Positions 52,590 to 64,000 of a stretch of 64,000 nt of DNA are shown piece by piece. The position numbers and the translations under genes are program-made. Numbering within the stretch: the first letter of the stretch is position 1; the number at the start of each line of letters is the position of its first letter. Source of the DNA: Heterodontus francisci (Eukaryota); contig NC_090399.1 in assembly GCF_036365525.1 (NCBI RefSeq), positions 13,143,558 to 13,207,557 of the forward strand, given 5' to 3'. The notes beneath the pieces were generated by a model. The model saw nothing but the letters and a program-made list of their open reading frames with translations. It was not told where the DNA came from and made no database searches.

Positions 52590-54050
52590 CATAAAATCGA
52601 AGAATGGTTACAGCGCAGGTGGAGGCCATTCGGCCCGTCGTGCCCCTGCCTGTTCTCTGCATGGCTAACTCGCCTAGATCCACTCCCTGCCTTTTCTCCA
52701 GAGCCCTGCAATTTATTTCCTCCTCAAATAATTATCCAATTCTTATTTTGAATGCCTCGATTGAATCTGCCTCCTCCACATCTCAGGCAGTGCATTTTCA
52801 GATCCTAACTACTTGCTGCATAAAAAGGTTATCCTCATTTAGCTGCTGGTTCTTTTGCCAATCACCTTAAGTCGGTGCCCGCTGGTTCCCGATCCCTCCA
52901 CCAACTGGAACAGTTTCTCCCTATCTACTATGTTCGGACCCCTCATGATTTTGAACACCTCTGTCAAATCTCTTCGTAATCTCTTCTCCAAGGACAACAG
53001 CCTCAGCTTGTCTAATCTAGCCATATAACTGGAACCATTGGAACCATTCTCGGGAATCTTTCCTGCATTCCCTCTGATGCCTGAATATCCTTCCAAAAGT
53101 GTAGTGCCCAGAACAGGACACAATACTCCAGTTGAGTCCGAACCAGTGTTTTATACAGGTTTGTCATAACTTCCTTGCTTCTGGGGCGGCACAGTGGTTA
53201 GCACCGCAGCCTCACAGCTCCAGCGACCCGGGTTCAATTCTGGGTACTGCCTGTGTGGAGTTTGCAAGTTCTCCCTGTGTCTGCGTGGGTTTTCTCCGGG
53301 TGCTCCGCTTTCCTCCCACAAGCCAAAGACTTGCAGGTTGATAGGTAAATTGTCCATTATAAATTGCCCCTAGTATAGGTAGGTGGTAGGGAAATATAGG
53401 GAAAGTGGGGATGTTGTAGGAATATGGAATTAGTGTAGGATTAGTATAAATGGGTGGTTGATGGTCGGCACAGACTCAGTGGGCCGAAGGGCCTGTTTCA
53501 GTGCTGGATCTCTAAAACTAAAAGTAAAAAAAAACTACTCTCTGCCCCTATTGATAAAGCACAGGATCTCATATGCTTTATTAACCACTTTCTCCAACTG
53601 CCCTGCGCCCTTCAATGATTTGTGCACATATAACCCCAGGACCCTCTGCTCCTGCCCTCCATTTAGAATTGTACCCTCTCCCCATTCTTCCTACCAAAAT
53701 GAATCACTTTGCACTTTTCTGCGTTAAATTTCATCTGCCACTTGTCTGCCCATCCCGCCAGCCTGTCTATGTTCTCTTGGAAGTTTATCACTATCCTCCA
53801 AACAATTTACAATGCTTCCATGTTTTGTGTCATCCACAAATTTTGAAATTGTGCCCTGTACAGCCAAGTGTAGGTCATTAATATATATCAAGAAAAGCAG
53901 GGGTCCTAACACAGTCCCCTGGGGAATCACACTATATAGCTTCCTCAGGTCCAAAAAGTAACCATTCATAACAAATCTTTGTTTCCTGTCACTTAGCCAA
54001 TTTTGAATCCTTGCTGCTACCATCCCAGTTATTCCATGGACTCTAACATG
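52590..54050 (-). mobile_element. Degraded CR1 with a nested SINE
   Basis: PQGTVLGPLLFLIYINDL and KFVDD remnants; 3' tail near 52590. Confidence 0.85.
53183..53530 (+). mobile_element. Full-length HE1-like V-SINE
   Basis: GGGGCGGCACAGTGGTTAGCAC (A box), GGTTCAATTC (B box), V-domain, CR1 tail. Confidence 0.88.
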
Positions 54051-54394
54051 GTAACTTGTGGGGCACAGCGTGGTCTAAATATGTTCCCTCCAGATCAGTA
54101 AGAAAAACAATACATTCCAGCTGCAAATCCCATTTATTGATAATAAATAAAAACAGAAAATGCTGGAAATACTCAGCAGGATTGGCAGCATCTGTAAAGA
54201 GAATAATGGAGTTAACATTTGAGTTCCATGACCTTTCATGAGAACTCCAGTTTATTCAGTTTGTAAAATGAGGAAAGGAATGGACTTCCCAGCAAGACAC
54301 CAAACTGACAAGCAGATTGCGTTTAATGGTGGCTTTGATCTGAGGGATGCATGCTCGACAAAGTAAAAGCATTGGATAAAGCAATGCTGCATCA

Positions 54395-55160
54395 CCCAAC
54401 ATCATTCGTGACTCCTCAGATACTGAAGCAGTCCGTGTAGAAATGCAGCAAGATTTGGACAATATCCAGGCTTGGGCTGATGGGTAGCAAGTAACATTCG
54501 TGCCACACAAGTGCCAGGCAATGACCATCTCCAACAAGAGAGAATCTAACCATCTCCCTTTGACATTCAAAGGCATTACCATCACTGAATCCCTCAGTAT
54601 CAACATCCTATAGGCTACCATTGACAAGAAACTGAACTGGAGTAGCCATATAAATACTGTGGCTACAACAGCAGGTCAGAGGCTGGGAATCCTGAGGCGA
54701 GTAACTCACCTCCTGACTCCCCAAAGCCTGTCCACCATCTACAAGGCACAAGTCAGGAGTGTGACGGAATACGCTCCACTTGCCTGGATGGGTGCAGCTC
54801 CAACAACACTCAAGAAGCTCAACACCATCCAGGACAAAGCAGCCCTCTTGATTGGCACCCCATCTACAAACATTCACTCCCTCCACCACCAACGCACAGT
54901 GGCAGCAGTGTGTACCATCTACAAGATGCACTGCAGCAACACACCAAGGCTCCTTCGACAGCACCTTCCAAAACCACCACCTCTACCAACTAGAAGGACA
55001 AGGGCAACAAATACATGGGAATGCCACCACCTGCAAGTTCCCCTCCAAGTCACACACCATCCTGACTTAGAACTATATTGCCATTCCTTCACTGTTGCTG
55101 GGTCAAAATCCTGGAACTCCCTTCCTAACAGCACTGTGGGTCCCATGAATAAATAAAAAA
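54395..55160 (+). mobile_element. Second LINE family 3' fragment
   Basis: IYKAQVRSVTEYAPLAW; homologous to 38800..39576. Confidence 0.85.
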
Positions 55161-55324
55161 AAGAACATAAGAAGGAAGTTATGGTGAACCTCTATAAAAC
55201 ACTGGTTCAGCATCAACTGAAGTATTTTGGCCAATTCTGGGCATCACTTTGCAGGAAGGATGTGGTGGCATTAGAGAGGCTGCAGAAAAGATTTATGAGA
55301 ATAGAATGAGGGACATGGGTTAAA

Positions 55325-55692
55325 AAGAGAAAGACTTGCATTTCTATAGCGCCTTTCATGACCGCCGGCCGTCTCGAAGCACTTTACAGCCAATGAAGTA
55401 CTTTTTAAAGTGCAGCCACTGTTGTAATGCTGGGAAGGCAGCAGGCACAGCAAGCTCCCACAAATGGCAATGTGATAATGACGAGATAATCTCTTTTTGT
55501 GTTGTTGATTGAGGGATAAATATTGGCCAGGACACCGGGGAAACCTCCCCTGCTCTTCTTCGAAATAGTGCTACGGGATCTTTAACATCCACCTGAGCAG
55601 ATGGGTCCTCGGTTTAACATGTCATCCCTCAGTACTGCACTGAAATGTCAGCCTTGAATTTTGTGCGCAAGCCCTGGAGTGGAACTTGAACA
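55325..55692 (-). mobile_element. DeuSINE-like SINE
   Basis: Reverse complement of the 40310..40720 family (CTTCGAAATAGTGCTACGGGATCTTT). Confidence 0.65.
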
Positions 55693-55814
55693 TTACGCAG
55701 ACAGATTGGAGAAGCTGGGGCTGTTCTGCTTAGAGAAGAGAAGGTTGAGATGCAGTGCGTGGTTAGGATTTGGAATACATTGCCTGAGAGTGCGGTGGAG
55801 GCAGATTCAATATT

Positions 55815-56560
55815 TTTTTCTTAGTTATTTTCATGGGATGTGGGCATCGCTGGCTAGGTCAGCATTTGTTGCCCATCCCTAATTGCCCTTGAGAAGGTGG
55901 TGGTGAGCTGTTATTGAACCGCTGCAGTCCATGTGTTGCGGGTACAACAACAGTGCTGTTAGGAAGGGAGTTCCAGGATTTTGACCCAATGACAGTGAAG
56001 GAACGGCGACATAGTTCCAAGTCAGGATGGCGGTGTTCCCATCCATTTGCTGCCCTTGTCCTTCTAGTTGGTAGATGTTGCAGGTTTGGAAGGTGCTGTC
56101 TAAGGAGCCTTGTTGAGTTGCTGCAGTGCATCTTATAGATGGTACACACTGCTGCCACTGTGCATTGGTGGTGGAGGGAGTGAATGTTTGTGGATGGGGT
56201 GCCAATCAAGCGGGCTGCTTTGTCCTCAAGCTTCCGAGGTGTTGTTGGAACTGCACCCATCCAGGCAAGTGGAGAGTATTCCATCACACTCCTGACTTGT
56301 GCTTTGTAAATGATGGACAGGCTTTGGGGAGTCAGGAGGTGAGTTACTCACCACAGAATTCCCAGCCTCTGACCTGCTCTTGTAGTTGCGGTATTTACGT
56401 GGCTCGTCCAGTTCAGTTTCTGGTCAATGGTAACCCCCAGGATGTTGTCAGTGGGGGATTCAGCGATGCTAATGCCATTGAATATCAAAGGGAGGTGGTT
56501 AGATTCTCTCTTGCTGGTGATCGTTTTTGCCTGTCACATGTATGGTGTCAATGTTACAAT
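55815..56560 (-). mobile_element. Second LINE family 3' fragment
   Basis: MMEYSPLAWMGA ORF 55859..56287. Confidence 0.85.
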
Positions 56561-56892
56561 GTTACACCAGCACATTAGTTAAAGGAGTCAGTTATATTTT
56601 ACATTTTATACCAATGTATTAAAATAAATCAATCAGTCAAAATTAATCATGGAACCTTGCATGTATTGATTAAGTTACAGTATTGATTTTGTAATCTGCT
56701 GTGGTCAGAAAAGCTGGCTAATCATGTTAAGTAAAGCATTACAATCTCCAAGTAATCTTTTGTTAGTCCAAGGCTGAGAATCCTTAACAGGTAACATTAA
56801 TCAGGTAGTATCTTTTGGAACTAATAGAAGACAAAACAATATCTGAGCCAAAGTGTCTCAGTACTCTCAGTACTATTATAAAGTACTCCTTT

Positions 56893-57033
56893 ATAATAAT
56901 AAAAGCAAAATACTGCAGATGCTGGAAATCTGAAATAAAACAAGAAATGCTGGAAATACTCAGCAGGCCTGGCAGCATCTGTGCACAGAGAAGCAGAGTT
57001 AATGTTTATGGTCAGTGACCTATCATCAGAACT
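56893..57033 (-). mobile_element. Penelope-derived terminal repeat with a mutated hammerhead (GAAA to TAAA)
   Basis: Same repeat as 11960..12103; CTGATGA retained at 57023..57029. Confidence 0.7.
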
Positions 57034-57224
57034 CCTTTGTTCATGTTGCCCAGGTGTCTTATCTCAATTGAAAGTTGCAATTAAAAATCAATCCAATGAG
57101 GCTGGTAACAGTTCGAGCCAATTACCAAGCCAGCTTGCCTCTGAAAGGCAGGGGGCATAATGGTCAGAAAGGGGTTAAAACAGGAGTCGCATAAGGTTTT
57201 GATGTGCAGAAACGATAGAAAAAA

Positions 57225-58535
57225 TTACTTCAGTATTTGAGGAGTCGCGAATGGTGCTGAACATTGTGCAATCATCAGTGTACATTCCCACTTCTGACCT
57301 TATGATGGAGGGAAGGTCATTGATGAAGTAGCTGATGATGGTTGGGCCCAGGATACTATCCTGAGGAACTCCTGCAGTGATGTCCTGGAGCTGAGATGAT
57401 TGACCTCCAACAACCACAACCATCTTCCTTTGTGCTAGGTATGACTCCAACCAGCGGAGACTTTTCCCCCTGATTCCTATTGACTTCATTTTTGCTAGGG
57501 CTCCTTGATGCCATACTCGGTCAAATGCTGCCTTCATGTCAAGGGCAGTCACTCTCACCTCACATCTTGAGTTCAGCTCTTTTGTCCATGTTTGGACCAA
57601 GGCTGTACTGAGGTCAGGAGCTGGGTGGCCCTGGCAGAGCCCAAACTTAGCGTCACTGAGCAGGTTGTTGCTGAGTAAGTGCCGCTTGATAGTACTGTCA
57701 ATAATTTTGCTGATGATGGAGAGTAGACTGATGGGGCAGTAATTCGTTGAATTGGATTTGTCCTGCCTTTTGTGGACGGGGAATACCTGGGTAATTTTCC
57801 ACATTGTTAGTTAGATGCCAGTGTTGTAGCTGTACTGGGACAGCTTGGCAAGGGACATGGCTAGTTCTGGAGCACAGGTCTTCAGTCCTACAGCCAGGAT
57901 ATCATCAGGCCCATAGCCCTTGCCTTCATTCATTTCTTATATTGCATGGACTGAATTAGATTGTCTGAAGACTGGCATCTGTGATGGTCGGGTTCTCAGG
58001 AGGAAGCCAAGATGGATCATCCATTCAGCACTTCTGGCTGAAGACAGTTGCAAATGCTTCTGCCTTGTCTTTTGCACCGACGTGCTTGGCTCCCCCAACA
58101 TTAAGGATGGGGATACTTGTGGATACTCTGGTTAGTTGTTTAATTGCCCACCACCATTCATGACTGGATGTGAAGGACTGCAGAGCTTAGACCTGATCGG
58201 TTGGTTGTGGGATTGCTTAGCTCTGTTTGTCACGTGCTGCCTACTCTGTCTGTCAGGTAGTCCTGGGTTGTAACTTTACCAGGTTGACACCTCATTTTGA
58301 GGTATGCCTGGTGCTGCTCCTGGCATGCTGTCTTGCACTCTTCATTGAACCAGGGTTGGTCCACTAGCTAGATGGTAATGATAGAGTGTGGGATATCCTG
58401 GGCCTTGAGGTTACAGATCATGGTTGAATATCAGTGCTGAACTGCTAGGTCTGTTCTGAATCTATCCATTTAGCACAGTGGTAAAGCCACAAAACACTAT
58501 AGAGGGTGTCCTTAATGTGAAGACAGGACTTTGTC
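57225..58535 (-). mobile_element. Second LINE family RT fragment
   Basis: ORF 57175..57804 with LDMKAAFDRVWHQG, GVPQDSILGP and YTDD. Confidence 0.85.
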
Positions 58536-58589
58536 AAGCCAGGCTTGTTTTCCCTGCAATTTAGAAGAGTAAGAGGCGACTTAATTGAA

Positions 58590-58920
58590 ATATTTATTTA
58601 TTTATTTAGAGATACAGCACTGAAACAGGCCCTTCGGTCCACCGAGTCTGTGCCGACCATCAGCTACCCATTTTTATACTAATCCTACATTGATCCCACA
58701 TCCCGACCTTCCCTCAATTCCCTTACCTATACTAAGGGCAAGTTATAATGGACAATTTACCTATCAACCTGCAAATCTTTGGCTGTGGGAGGAAATTGGA
58801 GCACCCGGCGGAAACCCACGCAATCACAGGGAAAACTTGCAAACTCTGCACAGGCAGTACCCAGAATCGAACCCAGGTCGCTGGAGCTGTGAGGCTGCGG
58901 TGCTAACCACTGTGCCGCCC
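58590..58920 (-). mobile_element. HE1-like V-SINE
   Basis: Homologous to the other copies; (TTTA)n tail. Confidence 0.85.
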
Positions 58921-59031
58921 AATATGTAAGATGCTGAGGGGTCTTGACAAGGTGGATGTGGAAAGGATGTTTCCCCTTGCGGGAGAATCTAGAACGAGGG
59001 GTCACTGTTTAAAAATAAGGGGTCGCCCATT

Positions 59032-61353
59032 TATAGAATAGAATAGAATAGAACATTACAGCGCAGTACAGGCCCTTTGGCCCTCGATGTTGCGCCGACC
59101 TGTGAAACCATCTGACCTACACTATTCCATTTTCATCCATATGTCTATCCAATGACCACTTAAATGCCCTTAAAGTTGGCGAGTCTACTACTGTTGCAGG
59201 CAGGGCGTTCCACGCCCCTACTACTCTCTGCGTAAAGAAACTACCTCTGACATCTGTCCTATATCTTTCACCCCTCAACTTAAAGCTATGTCCCCTCGTG
59301 TTTGCCATCACCATCCGAGGAAAAAGACTCTCACTATCCACCCTATCTAACCCTCTGATTATCTTATATATGTCTCTATTAAGTCACCTCTCCTCCTCCT
59401 TCTCTCTAACGAAAACAACCTCAAGTCCCTCAGCCTTTCCTCGTAAGACCTTCCCTCCATACCAGGCAACATCCTAGTAAATCTCCTCTGCACCCTTTCC
59501 AAAGCTTCCACATCCTTCCTATAATGCGGTGACCAGAACTGCACGCAATACTCCAGGTGCGGCCGCACCAGAGTTTTGTACAGCTGCAGCATGACCTCGT
59601 GGCTCTGAAACTCGATCCCCCTACTAATAAAAACTAACACACCATATGCCTTCTTAACAGCCCTATTAACCTGGGTAGCAACTTTCAGGGATTTATGTAC
59701 CTGGACACCAAGATCTCTCTACTTATCTACACTACCAAGAATCTTCCCATTAGCCCAGTACTCTGCATTGCTGTTACTCCTTCCAAAGTGAATCACCTCA
59801 CACTTTTCCGCATTAAACTCCATTTGCCATCTCTCAGCCCAGCTCTGCAGCCTATCTATGTCCCTCTGTAACCTACAACATCCTTCGGCACTATCCACAA
59901 CTCCACCGACCTTCGTGTCATCCGCAAATTTACTAACCCACCCTTCTACACCCTCATCCAGGTCATTTATAAAAATAACAAACAGCAGTGGCCCCAAAAC
60001 AGATCCTTGCAGTACACCACTAGTAACTAAACTCCAGGATGAACATTTGCCATCAACCACCACCCTCTGTCTTCTTTCAGCTAGCCAATTTCTGATCCAA
60101 AGCACTAAATCACCTTCAATCCCATACTTCCATATTTTCTGCAATAGCCTACCGTGGGGAACCTTATCAAACGCCTTACTGAAATCCATATACACCACAT
60201 CCACGGCTTTACCCTCATCCACCTGTTTGGTCACCTTCTCAAAAAACTCAATAAGATTTGTGAGGCACGACTTACCCTTCACAAAACCGTGCTGACTATC
60301 TCTAATGAACTTATTCTTTTCAAGATGATTATAAATCCTATCTCTTATAAACTTTTCCAACATTTTACCCACAACCGAAGTAAGGCTCACAGGTCTATAA
60401 TTACCAGGGCTGTCTCTACTCCCCTTCTTGAACAAGGGGACACCATTTGCTATCCTCCAGTCTTCCGGCACTATTCCTGTCGACAATGATGACATAAAGA
60501 TCAAGGTCAAAGGCTCTGCAATCTCCTCTCTGGCTTCCCAGAGAATCCTAGGATAAATCCCATCTGGCCCAGGGGACTTATCTATTTTCACACTTTCCAA
60601 AATTGATAACACCTCCTCCTTGTGAACCTCAATCCCATCTAGCCTAGTAGTCTGTATCTCAGTATTCTCCTTGACAACATTTTCTTTCTCTACTGTAAAT
60701 ATTGATGAAAAATATTCATTTAACACTTCCCCTATCTCCTCTGATTCCACACACAACTTCCCACTACTATCCTTGATTGGCCCTAATCTAACTCTAGTCA
60801 TTCTTTTATTCCTGATATACCTATAGAAAGGCTTAGGGTTTTCCTTGATCCTATCCGCCAATGACTTCTCGTGTCCTCTCCTCGCTCTTCTTAGCTCTCC
60901 CTTTAGATCCTTCCTGGCTAGCTTGTAACTCTCAAGCGCCCTTACTGAGCCTTCACGTCTCATCCTAACATAAGCCTTCTTCTTCCTCTTGACAAGCGCT
61001 TCAACTTCTTTAGTAAACCATGGCTCCCTCGCTCGACAACTTCCTCCCTGCCTGACAGGTACATACTTATCAAGGACACGCAGTAGCTGCTCCTTGAATA
61101 AGCTCCACATTTCGATTGTGCCCATCCCCTGCAGTTTCCTTCCCCAGCCTACGCATCCTAAATCTTGCCTAATCGCATCATAATTTCCTTTCCCCCAGCT
61201 ATAATTCTTGCCCTGCGGTATATACCTGTCCCTGCCCATCGCTAAGGTAAACCTAACCGAATTGTGATCACTATCACCAAAGTGCTCACCTACATCTAAA
61301 TCTAACACCTGGCCGGGTTCATTACCCAGTACCAAATCCAATGTGGCATCGCC
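59032..61353 (-). mobile_element. Young CR1 LINE, 5'-truncated, same subfamily as 9643..11393
   Basis: APE end GDSDHN through RT (59719..61341); ORF broken near the 3' end; (TAGAA)n tail on the + strand. Confidence 0.95.
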
Positions 61354-61687
61354 ACAGAGATGTGGAGAGATTTTTTCTCTCAGAGGGTCGTTAGTCTTTG
61401 GAATTCACTTTTACGAAAGGCAGTGGAAGCAGAGTCTTTGAATATTTTTAAGGCAGAGGTGGATAGATTCTTGATAAGCAAGAGGGTGGAACGTTATCGG
61501 GGGTAGGTGGAAATATTCAATAATCAGTTCAGCCATGAACTTATTGAATGGCGAAGCAGGCTCGAGGGGTCGAGTGGCCTACTACTGCTCCTAATTTGTA
61601 TGATGGTATGTAAAAACTAGGAAGTTATGCTGAACCCTTATAAAACATTGTTTAGGCTTTGGCTGGAGTATGGTGTTCAATTCTTTG

Positions 61688-61995
61688 AGTGGCTTGCTGG
61701 GCCATTTCAGAGGGCAGTTTAGAGTTAACCACACGGGTTTGGAGTCACATGTAAGCCAGAACAGGTAAGGACAGCTGCTTTCCTTCACAAAGGACATTAG
61801 TGAACCAGATGGGTTTTTATGACCATCTGGTCATTTTCTAACCATCATTAATGCAACTAGCATTTTATCCCAGATTTATTAATTAATTGAATTTAAATTC
61901 CTCCAGCTGCCATGATGGGATGTGAACTCATGTCTCCAGAGCATTAGTCCAGGCCTTTGGGTTACTAGTCCTGCAACATTAATGGTATGCTATCA
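61688..61995 (-). mobile_element. tRNA-derived SINE of a third family
   Basis: Head GGACTAGTAACCCA...GAGTTCACATCCC and body CATCTGGTTCACTAATGTCCTT; family not named. Confidence 0.5.
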
Positions 61996-62019
61996 TCTCC
62001 TGGCGCCCTTTCACCTGTT

Positions 62020-63350
62020 TATCCAAATTTCTTTTGAAAGCTCTTAGTGAAACTGCTTGTACCACCGTTTCACGCAGTGCATTCCAGATCACAACAAATT
62101 TCTGATTAAAAAATGTGGCTTCTGGTTCTTTTGCAAATCACCTTAAATCTATGTCCCTTTTTTATCGACCCTTCTGCCACTGGAAAGAGTTTCTCTTTAT
62201 TTACTCTATCAATACTCTGCACGACTTTGGACACCTCTATTGAGTCTCCTCTTAAGCTTCTCTCTTCTATTGAGAACCACTCCAGCTTCTGAAGTGTCTC
62301 CACAATAACTGAAGTCCCTGATCCCAGATTCCATTCTAGTAAATCCTCTCGGAGGCCTGGACATCCTTCCTATAGTGTGGTGCCCAGAATTGAGCAGAAT
62401 ACTTTAGTTGAGGCCTAAGCAGTGTTTTATAAAGGTTTAGTATAACCTCCTTTTTTATAATGCTCCCATTGATAAAGCCGAGGATCCCACATGCCTTATT
62501 TACAAACCTGCCATCAAAGATTTGTGTACATACATCCCCCAGCCCCCTTGTCCCTCCACCCCTTTTAAAATCATTCCATTTCATTTATATTGGATCTCCT
62601 CATTCTGCTACCAAAATGTATCACTTCACATCTTAGTGTGAAATTCCATCCGCCATGTGTCTGCCCATTTTACCAGTCCATATCCTCTTAAAGTCTATTA
62701 CCACCTTCCTCATTGTTTACTATATTTCCAGATTTTTAAAATATCTTCAAACTTTGAAATTATGCCCTGCTTACCATGCCCAGGCCATTAATATGTATTT
62801 AAAAAGCAGCGTTCTCAATTCCATTCATGGGGAACACCATTGTATACTTCGGTCTTGTCTGAAAAACAACCATTCACCACTCCCCTCTGTTTACTAGCCC
62901 GGAATCTACTCTGTATCCATGCTGCCACTGTCCCTAAATCACATGGACTTTACTTCCCGTACAGCATTTTTGCCCCAGAATTTTTTTTAAAGGTTTCATG
63001 AAATTTATGTCAGAGTTCTACAGCGCAGAATCAGGCCCTCTGGCCCATCGTGTCTGTGCTGGTCATTAAGCACCTATCTATTCCAATCCCATTTTCCAGC
63101 ACTTGGTCCGTAGCTTTGCGTTTCAAGTGCTCATCTAAATGCTTCTTAAATGTTGTGAGGGTTCCTGCCTCTACCACACCTTCAGGCAGTGTGTTCCAGA
63201 GTCCAACCACCCTCTGGGTGCAATTTTTCCCCCCTCATTCTCCTGCCCCTTACCTTAAATCTATGCCCCCTGGTTATTGACACCTCCGCTAAGAGAAAAA
63301 GTGTCTTCCTATCTATCGTATCAATGCCCCTCATAATTTTGTATACTAAA
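62020..63350 (-). mobile_element. Degraded CR1 fragments
   Basis: LYKTLLRPQLKYSAQFWAP and SLRGDSIEVSKV. Confidence 0.8.
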
Positions 63351-63445
63351 TTCTGTATATCATTATGGTATGGAAGTAAGACAGCAATTAGGGACGTTCT
63401 TAATTACAAATACATTGCATTTTGCTATTCCATTGACGTAATTAG

Positions 63446-63715
63446 GGTGGCGCGGTGGTTGGTACTGCAGCCTCACAGCTCCAGTAACCTGGGTTCAGTT
63501 CTGGGTGCCGTCTGTGTGGAGTTTACAAGTTCTCCCTGTGACCATGTGGGTTACTGCCAGGTGCTCTGGTTTCCAGGTTGATAGGTACATTGCCCCTAGT
63601 GTAGGGATGTGGTAGGGAATGTGATTGGTATAGGGTTGGTATAAATGGGTGATTGTTGGTCGGCACCGACTCGGTGGGCCGAAGTGCCTGTTTCCGTGCT
63701 GTTATCTCCAAATTA
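63446..63715 (+). mobile_element. HE1-like V-SINE, older and internally deleted
   Basis: tRNA-like head, V-domain and CR1 tail. Confidence 0.8.
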
Positions 63716-63796
63716 AAGTCAATGAAACGCTTCACCCATCCCTTTAACCATTACCCCACTGTGCTTGAATTAAGCCCCTCTTTAGTTATTGTGTGT

Positions 63797-63812
63797 GGCT
63801 CTTAAAAGAGCC
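63797..63812 (-). terminator. Histone 3' stem-loop of the third H2B
   Basis: GGCTCTTTTAAGAGCC-ACACA. Confidence 0.93.
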
Positions 63813-63844
63813 GTTGTGTCGGTTATTTTTGTCTCATGGTCGAC

Positions 63845-64000
63845 TTAAGCGGAATTGGTGTATTTGGTGACCGCTTTTGTGCCTTCAGAGACGGCGTGTT
63901 TGGCCAGTTCCCCCGGCAGCATGAGGCGGACGGCGCTCTGGATCTCCCGGGCCGAAATGGTATGCCGCTTGTTGTAGTGAATGAGGTGCGAAGCCTCGGA
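63845..64000 (-). CDS. H2B: Histone H2B variant, C-terminal 51 aa (5' part outside the window; absent from the ORF track)
   Basis: Manual translation [51 protein letters not shown]; stem-loop follows. Confidence 0.92.
   Translation of the reverse strand, partial: SEASHLIHYNKRHTISAREIQSAVRLMLPGELAKHAVSEGTKAVTKYTNSA

Noticed and set aside
53183-53250. tRNA gene
   Set aside because: The A/B boxes belong to a SINE head followed by a V-domain; several copies occur in the window

Overview
Vertebrate nuclear DNA, most likely from a cartilaginous fish (shark). The inference rests on HE1/V-SINE-type and DeuSINE-type repeats, CR1 LINEs sharing the SINE 3' tail, and Penelope-like repeats. Most of the window is transposable-element sequence (CR1, a second CR1/L2-group LINE family, RTE, Tx1, Penelope-like, SINEs, MITEs), plus a 36-bp minisatellite. 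Embedded in it is a dispersed, intronless histone gene cluster: H1 pseudogene(-), H2B(-), H1-like(-), H1-like(-), H4(-), H2B(+), H3(+), H2A(-) and H2B(-, cut by the window edge). Every intact gene departs from the canonical vertebrate protein. H4 has 5 substitutions and H3 has Q125H. The three H2Bs are divergent, two with Cys at position 75. The H2A has an H2A.X-like core but no SQ motif. Of the two Arg-rich H1/protamine-like genes, one ends in a histone stem-loop and the other in AATAAA. This looks like a candidate germline/sperm variant-histone locus (inference). The Penelope-like terminal repeats carry minimal hammerhead ribozyme motifs. Histone CDS and motif coordinates were read by hand; TE boundaries are approximate; no database search was run.
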